A model generated the notes under the pieces. The model saw nothing but the letters and a program-made list of their open reading frames with translations, did no database searches and was not told the origin of the DNA. A stretch of DNA of 64,000 bases, taken from the NCBI GenBank assembly GCA_964016885.1, contig OZ024743.1:224254001-224318000 (forward strand), read 5' to 3'. Within the stretch, counting starts at the first letter, position 1. Each line of letters starts with the position of its first letter. Positions 44,191 through 57,241 of this stretch are shown here, piece by piece. The translations under genes were made by a program, and so were the position numbers. This DNA comes from Eledone cirrhosa. Its lineage: Eukaryota.

Positions 44191-47100
44191 TTTATCTATC
44201 TAATCTATCTTACAGGCGATTTGTCGATTTTGAGAATGTAAGCAATACTTGTCTTTTCTTCTATCCGTAGTCTTCTAAATAAGCAGTTTTTAAACTCTTA
44301 GTTATGTCAGTCTAAAATTCAAATTCTCCGTTTATTTATATTTACATGTTTTTAATGTCTCAATCTGTTGGCTGTTGGTCCCTTCCTAAAAACTAACCTT
44401 CTAGTATTGTTATTGAATAATTATTCTAGAACCTTCCTGCATCTCGCTCCCTGCTTGTAAACACTTTGCTCCTTCTCTCATACCCCCCCTCCCCCCAAGC
44501 CTGATCGCAAGTATAAAATAAATCTTGCTAGTCCCAAGGACAGAATTTATCTATCTAATCTATCTTACAGGCGATTTGTCGATTTTGAGAATGTAAGCAA
44601 TACTTGTCTTTTCTTCTATCCGTAGTCTTCTAAATAAGCAGTGTTTTAAACTCTTAGTTATGCCAGTCTAAAATTCAAATTCTCCGTTTTCCTCTCTGAT
44701 TTTCAACTATTTATATTTACATGTTTTTAATATGTCTCGATCTGTTGGCTGTTGGATCCTTCCTAAAAACTAACCTTCTCCTAAAGTTACCCATTTCCCG
44801 CCCACCCACCCCCACTCACCACCATTGCTATATGGTCCAATCAGAATTCAGCGGCTTTAGTAAGTTCTCTAACAAATCAGTATAGCAAAGCTACCACCTG
44901 GGATACTACTCCTTAAGTTTAGACCTGTTTGATGGGTTGACTGCGGAAATTTGAAAAGTCTAAGCACTCAATGACAATGTCACAGATAAAGATAAATTCC
45001 CGCTGCAAGGCGAGAATACAAGGACCCCTCTTTATTTCAGACACGGATGACCAACAACATTCCGTCCCTCCAACCCATCCATCCCACCCTCCTAACTTAA
45101 GAGTTGGTACCATGAACGTAGGCACATTGAAAGGTTGCTCAAATGAGGTTGTAGAGATGCTTGAACGTAAAGAAATTGATGTTTGTTGTATTCAAGAGAC
45201 TAGATGGAGAGGGGGGGGGGGGGTCTGCCAGATTCATCGTGGGTAAAAAATGATGGGTAGGAAACGACAACGGACTGGGTGCAGTAGGAATTATGTTAGC
45301 TGAAAAATGGGTAGATAAGGTAATCGACGTAAATAGAGTAAATGACAGAATAATTAAAATAAGGCTAGTTCTAAATAAAACTACTGTGACAATAATATCT
45401 GCTTACGCACCCCAATCTGGTCTACTTGACGTTATAAAGGACAGGTTCTATGAGATGCTAATGCACCCTACCTCCCAAATAACCGACAGCGACTACCTAA
45501 TTATTGCTGGCGATCTAAATGGCCACGTTGGACAACATAGTGATGGCTATGATGGAATCCATGGAGGCTATGGGGTTGGAAATAGAAATGAGGAAGGCTT
45601 CAGAATCCTGGAATTCTGTGACGCCAATAACCTAACTATCTGTAACACAAACTTAAAAAAACGTGAAAACCACTTGATCACCTATAGATCAGGGGAACAC
45701 GCCAGCCAGATAGATTATATCCTTACTAGAAGACGGGACAAAGTGTCTGTTGTAAACACTAAATCCCTCGCCCGTGAAGAATGCACCTCCCAACATAGCC
45801 TAGTAGTTAGTGACCTCACAGTCAGAAATAGACGTACTCGACGACAGAGGAGGCCTACCTTGAGGAGAAGAATATGGAAGTTGAAGGACCCCACAGCTAG
45901 TGGTAAATTTAAAAGCTTATTACTTTTAAATGCCTTTGACAATAAGGAAGAACAATTAGAGACGTGCGATATAGAGGAACAGTGGAAATTCTTGAAAGTG
46001 AACCTGCTGAAAGCAACGGATGAAATCTGTGGTTGGAGCAGACCTATTGGCAGGAGGAGAGTAACTTGGTGGTGGAACAGTAAGGTAGAAAAGACAATCA
46101 AGGCCAAAAAGCAGGCTTGGAAAGTATGGCAGGATGGGGGAAGTAGAGAGCACTATCAAGTGGCCAGGAGACAAGTGTACCTTGCAAAAAAGGAAGCAGA
46201 GGATAGAAAGTTCAAGCATGTTCTACAACGCGAGGTGTTCAGGATTGCTAGACAATGTGTCAAGGAAAACCGTGATATTGTCAGGGAGACGTGTGTCCAT
46301 AATGATAACGGTGTACTTGCCCTCACTGATGCTGATAAGAAGATAGCCTGGAAGTGTCACTACGAGAGACTATTCAATTAGAATAAGTGGGAAAAAGATA
46401 GTCTGCCCCAAATCAATCCAATAGAAGGACCAGCGATGCAAGTTAAAGGTAGTATAATAAGTAAGGCAATCAAAGATATGAAAACAGGCAAAGCAGTTGG
46501 GCCTTCGGAGATAGTTGCTGAGATGTTGAAGGCATCTGGAATGGTGGGACATACTATGGTCACCCGTATAGAACGCTCATAGCTGAACTAGAAAACAAAT
46601 TCCAAACATGGAAGCATGGCCTAGAATCAAAAGGCCTTAAAGTTAACTTGTCTAAGACTAAAGTCCTAGTTTGTAGAAAGGAAAATAAGGCACAGGTACC
46701 CTCAGGGAAATGGCCTTGCTCAGTATGTAGGAAATGAGTAGGCAGAAATTCAATTTTATGTCCCAAATGCAAAGTATGGGTACATAAAAGATGTAGTGGG
46801 ATCACAGGTAAACTATCTAAGAACATAGACTTTATATGTGGCCGATGCTCAGGTGCAATAGGTAGCAAGTGTCCACAGGATACTAGCCCCTTCTATTGCC
46901 CAGATGGTTCTATAGAAATAGTAGACACTTTCCGTTACCTGGGTGACGAAATCAGCAGTGGTGGAGGGTGTTCTGAAAGTACCGTAGCCAGAGTCAGAAT
47001 GGGATGGAAAAAGTTCAGAGAGCTTATACCGCTGTTGGCCACAAAAGGTTTCTCTCTAAAAATGAAAGGCAGATTGTATGATGCTTGTATACAAACAGCA

Positions 47101-47930
47101 ATGCTACATGGCAGTGAGACATGGGCATTACGTGCAGAGGACCTGCGTAGACTGGAAAGGAACGAAGCTTGCATGCTCCGTTGGATGTGTAATAGTAATA
47201 TACGTGAACAGCAAAGCATAAATGAACTAAGTGAGAAATTAGGAATAAGAGGGATCAGATGCTGTTTACTCGAGAGAAGACTACAGTGGTATGGCCACGT
47301 GATGCGCATGAAAAACGACAGCTGTATAAAAAAGTGCAGGGCGATCAAAATTGATGGTAGTTACGGAGTAGGTAGACCCAGAAAAACCTGGGACGATCTG
47401 ATAAATTCCGACCTTACACACTTGCACCTCTCTAAGACAATGTCACTGGACCAAGATCTTTGGCACTACGCAATAATACAGAAGCCCGCCTTGCCTATGT
47501 ACAAAGCGAAACCTACAGTCAGTAGGCACCTCTTAACCAAATATACACCCCAATCCACTACCCCTACCCTATCCTCCCACTCCCACCAACATCACCCCCT
47601 CTCTATAAAGTTGGTACCACAACGTCCAGTCCAAATAAATGAGACAAATGAGATCGAGATCGTGTAGGTGTCACGAGAAAAAAAAAACACACAGTCCACG
47701 CTGTAATGTGGCCGTGTAGGTAACACGGTAAAAAGTTCCCAGTTCCACACTGTAAATGTGGTTGGTGTGAGGAAGGGCATCCAGCCGTAGAAAACCTGCC
47801 AGATAGTCCTATATGAGCGAGACACGGTCAACTGGCCAATCTTGCCTCAAGTGGGACAACTTACGTCTCACCCATGCTAGCGTGGAAAATGGACGTTAAA
47901 CGAGGATGATGATGATGATGATGATGATAT
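44191..47930 (+). mobile_element. RTE LINE, near full-length, frameshifted, RT core deleted at ~46572
   Basis: APE endonuclease motifs LRVGTMNVGTL, CIQETRW, SAYAPQ, GDLNGHVG, QIDYIL; C-terminal RLQWYGHVMRM, GRPRKTW; (GAT)n tail; duplicated ~210-bp upstream segment. Confidence 0.9.
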
Positions 47931-47941
47931 AGATATGTGTA

Positions 47942-48137
47942 TATAACGAAGGAATTGTGGTAAGGAACCAGATGGACCATAACGCACCAGAGTACTCAAT
48001 ACTTAGGGTAGTAGAGTGGGTAATAGGAAAAGGTATGACCCCGACGGCAGAGCTCAAGCCATTTCGACGGCTATTTCTGGACTAGAAATAGCCGTCGAAA
48101 CGGCTTGAGCTCTGTGTCGGGGTCATACCTTTTCCTA
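47942..48137. mobile_element. Head-to-head pair of a short ~140-bp repeat (another copy at 59797-59935), probably Penelope-related
   Basis: Arms 48023-48078 and 48084-48137 are inverted; both loci sit in (TA)n. Confidence 0.6.
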
Positions 48138-48221
48138 TGTGTATATATATATGTGTATATATATATATACATATATACATATATGTGTATGTGTATATAT
48201 ATACATATACATATACGTGTG

Positions 48222-48252
<31 letters not shown>

Positions 48253-48281
48253 ATATATCTTTATATATATATGTGTATATA

Positions 48282-48325
<44 letters not shown>

Positions 48326-48399
48326 TGTGTGTATATATGTATATATATATATACATATATGTGTGTATATATGTATATATATATACATATATACACACA

Positions 48400-48441
<42 letters not shown>

Positions 48442-48520
48442 CATATATACACACATATGTGTATATATATTTATATATATACATATGTGTGTGTATGTAT
48501 ATATATATATATATATATAG
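48138..48520. repeat. Complex (TA)n/(TG)n/(CA)n microsatellite (also 49645-50213 and 61736-62241)
   Basis: Direct reading; source of the spurious YI-repeat ORFs. Confidence 0.97.
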
Positions 48521-49203
48521 TTAGGGAAGCAGAAAGTTGCTTATTGTGATCCAGTTCGTGGTTAAGAAAGCCAGTTTCATGGACGGTTTCAACGTACGGT
48601 TAAGGGAATACATTTAAAGCCCGTTGGTATACACACCGTTACGCAATGAAACATTCCCAGCATTGTTATGTAACTACCCTTGCAAACAAGACATGGCAAC
48701 TGAGGGAAAGTAACCATCAATACACCCTGAAGTGGAAAAAATTATCGAACGCGCCCCCATATCGGAGTGGTATGAGAAGTTGTCGATTATGTGACCTTGA
48801 GCTGTTCCACATTTTGAGTTCGAAAAATAAGTTACTCAACAATAAAATCGAAAGATCAATTTATTCTAACCATAGACTCAAAGAAAAGTTTTCGCACTAC
48901 AAGTGCAAATCTAACCCTTAACCTCTTACTACCAACTGACAAACTGCATATACTTAGACTTTATACCCTCTTATTGTATCTAACCCCTTTAATTACCCAC
49001 AAAAACCAATACCTATATCCCCCTCTTCTCCTTCATTCCTCTTCTATTTCTTCGTCTTCTTCCTTTCTTCCCTCCCCTTTTTGGCTATCTTTTCTTTTCT
49101 TCTTTCTCCCCATTCTTTACTTTTATTTTTATCATTATTATTTTTATCTTTATTTTTTATATATATATGTATATGTATCTCTTTATATGCCCCCCTCTCT
49201 CTC

Positions 49204-49239
<36 letters not shown>

Positions 49240-49640
49240 CCTCCCACTATGATCAATTTAATTCTCTTTAATAGATGACATGAAGTCTACATATCAAAAC
49301 TGATCAAGGAATCCTTCCACCTCTACCCCTCCCTCCATCTCAGTTTGTCACTCTACTTCCTAACTCTTCTACCCCTTCCTCTCTCTCTCTCTACTATTCC
49401 GTTTGTCCCCTCACCTTCTAATTCCTCTTCCTCTCTCTCTATACTAGTAAATACAATTCCAAAAAAATGTTTTTCTCTATATATTAAGAACTATTTCAAG
49501 AGTAACTTACTCACTATTTTGAAAATTTGGACTTGAACAACAATTATAATTGAGTGGCTGCTATTTGCACTTACCAATGAAACGGTCGTAAATACCTGGA
49601 TAAAATCCTTCTTTTAATGCTTACATGTGTTTTCTCTTTT
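48520..49640 (+). mobile_element. Penelope-like element 3' fragment (GIY-YIG C-terminus plus pyrimidine-rich 3' region) within (TA)n
   Basis: FKARWYTHRYAMKH...TTLANKTWQL...KWK.L..APPY.SG...CRLCDLE...IL....LLN. Confidence 0.85.
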
Positions 49641-49641
49641 A

Positions 49642-49685
<44 letters not shown>

Positions 49686-50076
49686 ATAAATATATATAAA
49701 TACATATATGTGTATATATATATATACACATATGTGTATATATAAATACATATATTTGTATATATCTATATATACATATGTGTGTGTATATATATACACA
49801 CATATATATATATATATACATATATGTGTGTATATATATATGTGTGTATATATATATATACATATATGTGTATATATATATATATATACATATGTGTGTA
49901 TGTATATATATATATATGTATATATATATACATATGTGTATATATATATATATATACATATGTGTGTATATATAGATATATATATACATATGTGTATATA
50001 TATATACATATATTTGTATATATATGTGTGTATATATATATATATACAAATATGTGTATATATATATACATATATT

Positions 50077-50117
<41 letters not shown>

Positions 50118-50315
50118 GTGTGTATGTATATATACATATATATATATATGTGTGTATATATATATATACACATATATATATATATACATATATGTGTGTA
50201 TATATATATATATGATGGCTGCCCCCTCGTTATCGAGTATGGCCACTGCACGAGGAGAAAAAAAAATATTAATAAATAAATAAAAAATAAAATAAAATAA
50301 AAGATATATATATAT

Positions 50316-52473
50316 AAGAAGGTAGCTTGGAAGTGTCACTATGAAAGGCTACTAAATGAGGAGAATAATTGGGAGAAAGGCAGTCTCCCCCATATCGACC
50401 CAATAGAGGGACCAGCAGTGTTAGTCGAGGGGAGTATAATAAGTAAGGCAATCAAGGATATGAAGACGGGTAAGGCGGCTGGGCCTTCGGAAATAGTTGC
50501 TGAGATGCTGAAGGCATCTGGCACGGTGGGACACAACATGGTCACCCGCATAGTTAACCAAGTCGTACAGAATGGGGTTGTTCCGAAGGACTGGCATAGC
50601 AGCATCATCGTTAACTGTTATAAGGGTAAAGGAGACGCCCTAGATAGGAGTAACTATAGAGGCATTAAATTAATCGACCAGGTCATGAAGATCACGGAAA
50701 AAGTAATAGCGCAACTAATCAGAGAGAGAATTGACCTAGATGAAATGCAGTTCGGGTTTGTGTCAGGCAAAAGTACCACAGACGCTCTTTTCATAGTACG
50801 ACAACTACAGGAGAAGTACCTAGCTAAAGGTAAACCCCTCTACTTAGCTTTTGTCGACCTGGAGAAAGCCTTCGACAGAGTCCCCCGCTCCATTATCTGG
50901 TGGGCTCTTAGAAAACTAGGCGTTGACGAATGGCTTGTGAGGGCTATACAAGCCATGTATAAAGAAACAGTCAGCAAGGTTAGAATTAACAACGAATATA
51001 GTGAAGAGTTTAGCGTAAAAGTTGGCGTCCATCAGGGCTCTGTTCTCAGCCCACTACTATTTATTATTGCCCTTCAGGCTATAACAGAGGAGTTCAAGAC
51101 AGGCTGCCCATGGGAACTCCTATACGCAGACGACCTGACACTCATAGCGGAATCAATGGCCGAGCTAGAGAAGAAATTCCAAACATGGAAGCACGGCCTA
51201 GAGTCAAAAGGACTTAAAATTAACCTGGCTAAGACCAAAGTACTAGTTTGTAGGAAAGAAAACAAGGCGGCGGTCCCTTCTGGGAAATGGTCGTGCTCGG
51301 TGTGTAGGAAAGGCGTAGGTAGAAACTCCATTTTATGTCCTAAATGCAAAGTATGGGTGCATAAAAGATGTAGTGGGATCACAGGTAAGCTAACTAAGAA
51401 CATAGATTTTACATGTGGCCGGTGCTCTGGTGCAATAAGTAGCAGCAAGTGCCCACAAACTACTAGCTCTTTCAATTGCGCAGAGGGTTCTATAGAAATA
51501 GTGGACAGCTTCCGTTACCTGGGCGATAAAATCAGCAGTGGGGGAGGGTGCTCTGAAAGTACTGTAGCTAGAGTCAGAACTGGTTGGAAAAAGTTCAGAG
51601 AGCTTATACCACTTTTAGCTGCTAAAGGGTTCTCACTAAAAATGAAAGGCAGGTTGTACGATGCCTGCATACGAACAGCAATGCTGCATAGCAGTGAGAC
51701 CTGGGCATTGTGTGCAGAGGATATACGCAGACTAGAGAGGAACGAAGCTTGCATGCTCCGCTGGATGTGTAACAGTAATATACGTGAACGGCAAAGCATA
51801 AACGAACTAAGGAAAAAATTAGAGATAAGAGGGATCAGATGTTGTTTACTCGAGAGAAGGCTACGTTGGTATGGACACGTGATGCGCATGAAAGTCGATA
51901 GCTGTATAACAAAGTGCAGGGCAATAAAGATAGACGGTAGTCACGGAATAGGCAGACCTAGAAAAACCTGGGACGAGCTGATAAACTCCGACATCACACA
52001 CTTACACCTCTCCAAGACAATGTCACTGGACCGAGACCTTTGGCGGTACTCAGTAACAGAGAAGACCCGCCTTACCTAAATATATAGTAAAACCTACTCC
52101 AGCCAGTAGGCATCTCTAACAAAATACACCCCGTCCCACCACCCCACCCGATCCACACCACCCCGTTCTATGTAAAGTTATGTTGGTGCCGCGCCATCGA
52201 GGCCGAAACAAATGAGATCGTGTAGGTGTCACGACAAAAAAACACACAGTCCACGCTGTAATGTGGCCGTGTAGGCAACACGGTAAAAACCTCCCAGACC
52301 CACACTGTAAATGTGGTTGGTGTTAGGAAGGGCATCCAACTGTAGAAAACCTGCCAGACAGTCCTATGCGAGCAAGACAATCACTCTTGCCTCAAGTGGG
52401 ACTACCCCCGTCCAAACCCATGCAAGCGTGGAACACGGACGTTAAACGTTGATGATGATGATGATGATGATGA
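50316..52473 (+). mobile_element. 5'-truncated RTE LINE with intact 553-aa RT ORF (50418..52079)
   Basis: KAAGP, YKGKGD.....NYRGI.L, QFGF..GKSTTDA, FVDLEKAFDRV, GVHQGSVLSPLLF, LLYADDL, FRYLG; (GAT)n tail. Confidence 0.95.
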
Positions 52474-52667
52474 TATATACACACATACATATACATTTAT
52501 ACACACATACATATACATATATACACACATATATATACATACACACATATACATTAATAACAATAATAATAATAATAATAACAACAATAATAATATACAT
52601 ATACATATATATATACAGACACACGCGCACACATAAACCTATCTATACACACACACACACACACGAT

Positions 52668-55600
52668 AGCAACTAACAGCGCTGCGATCGAATGTGGCTT
52701 TTTAGCCCAGCCAATGATCTAAAATATTTTGCACAGAGTCGGCAACCAAAACATTCACTGGGAATAGCCGGCTATGGTTGGAGTTCATGTACTTTTGCAT
52801 GTCGCTTGAGCCCTCCTGCTGATTTACATTCTCTACCACATGTTTGGCAAGCATGATGAGTAGCATCTCCAACAGCAGCCTGGTAGTCAACCACTGGTCT
52901 TACTTTATGACTGCGAAGATGACTTTCGAGTCCAGCTTTGCTTAGGCAGAGTCTCGCACATACGCTGCATGTCAGCACCATAGGAGGACCCTCGCCGTCT
53001 GGAAGTGCAACAGCAATGCCCTTCCTCACATCCCGCTTTACTTTCTCGTATGCGATTCGAGATGCCTCAAAGGCAACTTTTCCCTCATATACAGTCTTTC
53101 TCCATTTATTACGATCAGCAGCAATATTTTCCCATGTATCAGCAGAGATGTTAGCGTCTTTCAAAGAGGCTTTCAAGGAATCCTTATACCTCTTTTTGGG
53201 TTTATGTGGCGGTCGTTTTCCTTTAACCAACTCTCCATAAAAGAGTTGTTTTGGTATTCTAGAATCCTTCATCCTGGCAAGGTGACCACTCCAACGGAGT
53301 CGTTGCTTAAGCACAAGAGCTTCTATACTGTCACACATAGAGCTTTCCAAAATCTCGACATCACTGATGTGGTCCCTCCAGTGAACGCCATGGATCCGTC
53401 TGAGACACATCTGATGGAAACGCTCCAATTGCTTAAGGTGGTGTCGATATGTGACCCAGGTCTTGCAAGCATAAAAAAGACAAGAGAGCACACATGCCTT
53501 GTACACCTTTACCTATGTCCTCCTGCATATGTCTCGCCGACCCCCAGAGTCGCCTTTCTAGCTTTCCGAAAGGATCACTTGCTTTCCTAATCCTAAGTGA
53601 GATTTCACTGTCAAGGTTGCTGTATCGATTGACAGTGCTTCCCAGGTAAACAAACTGATCAACCACTCCAAGTCGTTTACCATACATATACATATTTGGT
53701 TCAGTGTACTGCTTACCAGGGGCAGGTTGGTACATGACGACGGTTTTCTTGAGACTGACAGTCAATCCTAGGGCAGTGCAAGCGTCAGAAAATGCATTCA
53801 AAATGTGCTGCATATCACTCTCTGTGTGCGCTACAAGATCGCAATCATCTGCATACAAGAGATCTCTTATGATTGATGTAAATACTTTTGTCTTTGCAGC
53901 AAAGCGCTTGATGTTAAATATGCTGCCTGAGGTTCGATATCGGATGTAAACACCATGCTCGCAATACAGAAAACCATTGCAAAGTATATGGCAAACAGGG
54001 CCTGTGCTGGAATATCCCCCTGTTTCACTCCATTTTTTACTGAGATAGGCTCCGACATGTTACCTCCGACATTAACCCAAGCCTTCATGTCGTCATGGAA
54101 AGACCTAACTAAAGCAAGGAACTTATCAGGGCAACCAAGTTTCTGGAGAACCTTCCATAATGCATCTGTGTTAACAGTATCGAAAACTTTTGTCAGATCG
54201 ACAAAAACCTAATACAGATCCAAACCTTGTTCCATGCACTTCTCCTGGAGCTGCCTAGCTGAGAAGATCATATCTGTAGTGCCGCGTCCAGCTCGAAAAC
54301 CAGATTGACTTTCAGGAAGAACACAATCTGCAATGTGTGTCAGCAGACGATCCAGAAGCACCCTACATAAAACTTTACCTACGACAGAAAGCAATGATAT
54401 ACCTCTGTAGTTCCCACAATCATTCCTGTTACCCTTTCCCTTGTACAAGACCACCATTACTGCATCTCTCCAGTCCTCAGGTACGGATTCATTAGCCCAT
54501 ATCTTGCCAAACAAAGAGTGAAGATGTTGCAGGAGTCTCTCACCACCATATTGTAGAAGCTCAGCATGTATGCCATTCATACCTGGAGACCTTCCACTGT
54601 TTAGCTTTGAGATAGCCAATGCAACCTCCACAAGCGTCGGAGGTTCTGCGAGAGCTACTTTCACAGGACTTTCTGGAATGAGATTGAGGAAATCTTCACT
54701 GACGACAGACGGCTGATTCAAAAGATCATCCAAGTAGAATTCCTTGTGAGTTACGAAGAAGTTCTTTGCCATGCTTGCTGCGAAGCGGTGTCACCAGAGA
54801 AAAAGACGGTCCATAAACCTCACGCAAGAGACTGTACAACAGCTTTGTGTTATTGGAATCTGACGCAGTTTGTATCTCACCAGCCTTCTCACTCCACCAC
54901 TGATCCTTCATCTGAGAAAGACTCCGCCTAACACGTGATTTTACATCGTTGTGTTCCTCATGCAACGTATTCCTCTCCTGTAGTTTTGCCGTCAAGTAGC
55001 GTGACAGAGCACGCCTCTTATCAGTCAACAAGTTTTCTATATGTACATCATTCTCATTAAACCAGTCCTGGTGTTTTCTCTGCACCAATCCCAGAACACG
55101 CCTGCCTACATCATAAGCCGACTTTTTAAGGGTCGGCCAATCCTCACCAAGATCTGCAGCCTGCATCTCTTCTTCCAATGTCCTCTTCACATTTTTATCC
55201 TTAAGACGAGCAGCATTCAATCTTTTGGGCAGGGCAACACCAGAAGCCCGGATTTTACGTTTAGTGATTAGTTTCACTTTTGCGCGTACCAGGCGGTGGT
55301 CCGTCCAGCACTCAGCTCCATGAAGAACACGAACACACTGCACATCCTGTCTGTCACGCATCCTGACTAGGACGTAGTTCAAAAGATACCATTCCTTAGA
55401 TGCAGGATGCATCCATGTGGTCTTGAATTTGTTCTTTTGTTGAAACATGGTGTTGGAAACACACAGATCCAGCTCTTCACACATCTGCAGCAGGAGCATA
55501 CCATTGTTGTAACACTTTCCCACCCCATGCCTTCCGATTACATTCCATGTGTTAAAATCCCTACCCACTCTAGCATTAAAGTCACCAAGTACGATGACTT

Positions 55601-56165
55601 TGTCTGCCTGAGGGTTATTTCTTAAAACACCTTTCAAGGCATGGTAAAAGGACACTTTTTCTTCATCGACAGAATTCATAGTTGGAGCATACACACTCAT
55701 CAGGGTCGCATATCTTCCTTTGTCCAGCGGAATTCTCATGGACATAAGACGCTCACTAATCCCTACTGGGAATTCTTCTAATTTATTCACAAGAACAGTC
55801 TTAACAGCAAATCCTACCCCAGCCTCTCTTCTGGTTCCTTCATATCTTCCTTTCCAGAAGAATGTATATTCTCCACAAAATTCTGTAAGATGACCATCTC
55901 CAGCTAACCTCGTCTCAGATAAAGCTCCTTTGCAACAAGAGCGGTCCTTCATTCAAGACGCTCCAAGGAATCCCTATCAAGCAGCGTCCGTACGTTCCAG
56001 CAGCCAAGACTAAATGCCCTGTTTGGCTCTATTACAATGGCACGATGACGAGCGGGCCCAGGCTGTGATAACCTGGGGCCCCTGCCCTTATTACCAATTA
56101 TCTTTTTTGTTCCAGAACCTGAATTGCCAATTATCTCTTTTATATTGTTCTGGAACATCATTGAA
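52668..56165 (-). mobile_element. RTE-BovB-like LINE, near full-length, several frameshifts, C-terminal C2H2 fingers
   Basis: GCWNVRTL, ALSETRL, GVGFAV, SVYAPT, GDFNARVG, TDH.LV; NYRGISLLS, ESQSGFR.GRGTTDMIF, GVKQG, YADD, RLRWSGH..RM; CSVC...SHLRSH and CQTC...RHAKVH. Confidence 0.93.
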
Positions 56166-56169
56166 TTGG

Positions 56170-56202
<33 letters not shown>

Positions 56203-56231
56203 TAATAATAGTAACAATAATAATAATAATA

Positions 56232-56600
56232 ATAATAGAAAAAAGATCGTGCCTGATTGTGGATGTGGCCTGCCCATTCGACACGAGAGTGCAAGAGAAG
56301 GAGAGGGAGAAAATTAACTGATACCAGAACTTAAAGTGGGAGGTAAAAAGGATTTGGAACTGCCATGAAGTCAAAGTGATCCCGATTGTCATAGGCGCAC
56401 TAGGGACTATCTCAAAAAGTTTCCAGGGATGGTTAAAGAACGCTTCAAAAAGCATGCTTGCTGGGAACAGCAAGAACCCTCCGATACGTCCTGAATATCT
56501 GAGGCTGCAGGTAGTGGCTTGATATTCATTTCAACAAACTTTCCAGTTAACTAACATCAATGACTGAGACTCAAAGAATAAGAATCATAATAATAATAAT
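56232..56600 (+). mobile_element. R4/Dong-type (RLE) non-LTR 3' fragment in (AAT)n
   Basis: CLIVDVACPFD.RV.EKE.EK...Y..L..E..RIW...VIPIVIGALGTI...LQKACLLGTAR; (AAT)n on both sides. Confidence 0.85.
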
Positions 56601-57200
56601 ACACTATGGCAGTATCGGTAGAGGGTCGGAAACCATGCTTTCCAGCATAGTTACGTCCCTTTACGATCTGAGTTCAAATCCCGCCGAGGTTGACTTTGCC
56701 TTTCATCCTTACGGGGTCGATAAAATAAAGTACCAGTAATACACTGGATAATTGCTGGCCTTGTGCCAAAAAGTAGAAACAATTAATAATTATTAATGCA
56801 CTCGTGCAATGCCTGTGCGTGACGAATATTTTTAAAGTGAGGAAAGACTGTGCACTGAGCCAATCCCACTCTCTGAGCGACAGTAGCTATAACCCGAAAA
56901 GAAGAAAAGATCAACATCATCGGTAACTACTGAGTCCCAGGTTTCCTGAGATGCCTTCTCCTAGAAGAATGCCCTGACAAGGGCTAGGGGTTCTTCACTC
57001 CCAGTGGTTTAACTGCGCGATCGGGCATCCAGCCCGATTATTTCTGTCCCCGCGCAAAAAAACAAAAAAAAACAAAAAAAACTCACTTATACGTACGATA
57101 TACACACACGCGCATACATACGCGCGCACACACACGCATACATACGCGCGCACACAGCAACACTCACACATACAAACAAACACACACACGCTACTCACTT

Positions 57201-57241
<41 letters not shown>

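Noticed and set aside
48071-50339. Many long YI/CV-repeat ORFs (also 61616-62302 and 44043-44270)
   Set aside because: Translations of (TA)n/(TG)n microsatellites, which lack stop codons; not genes
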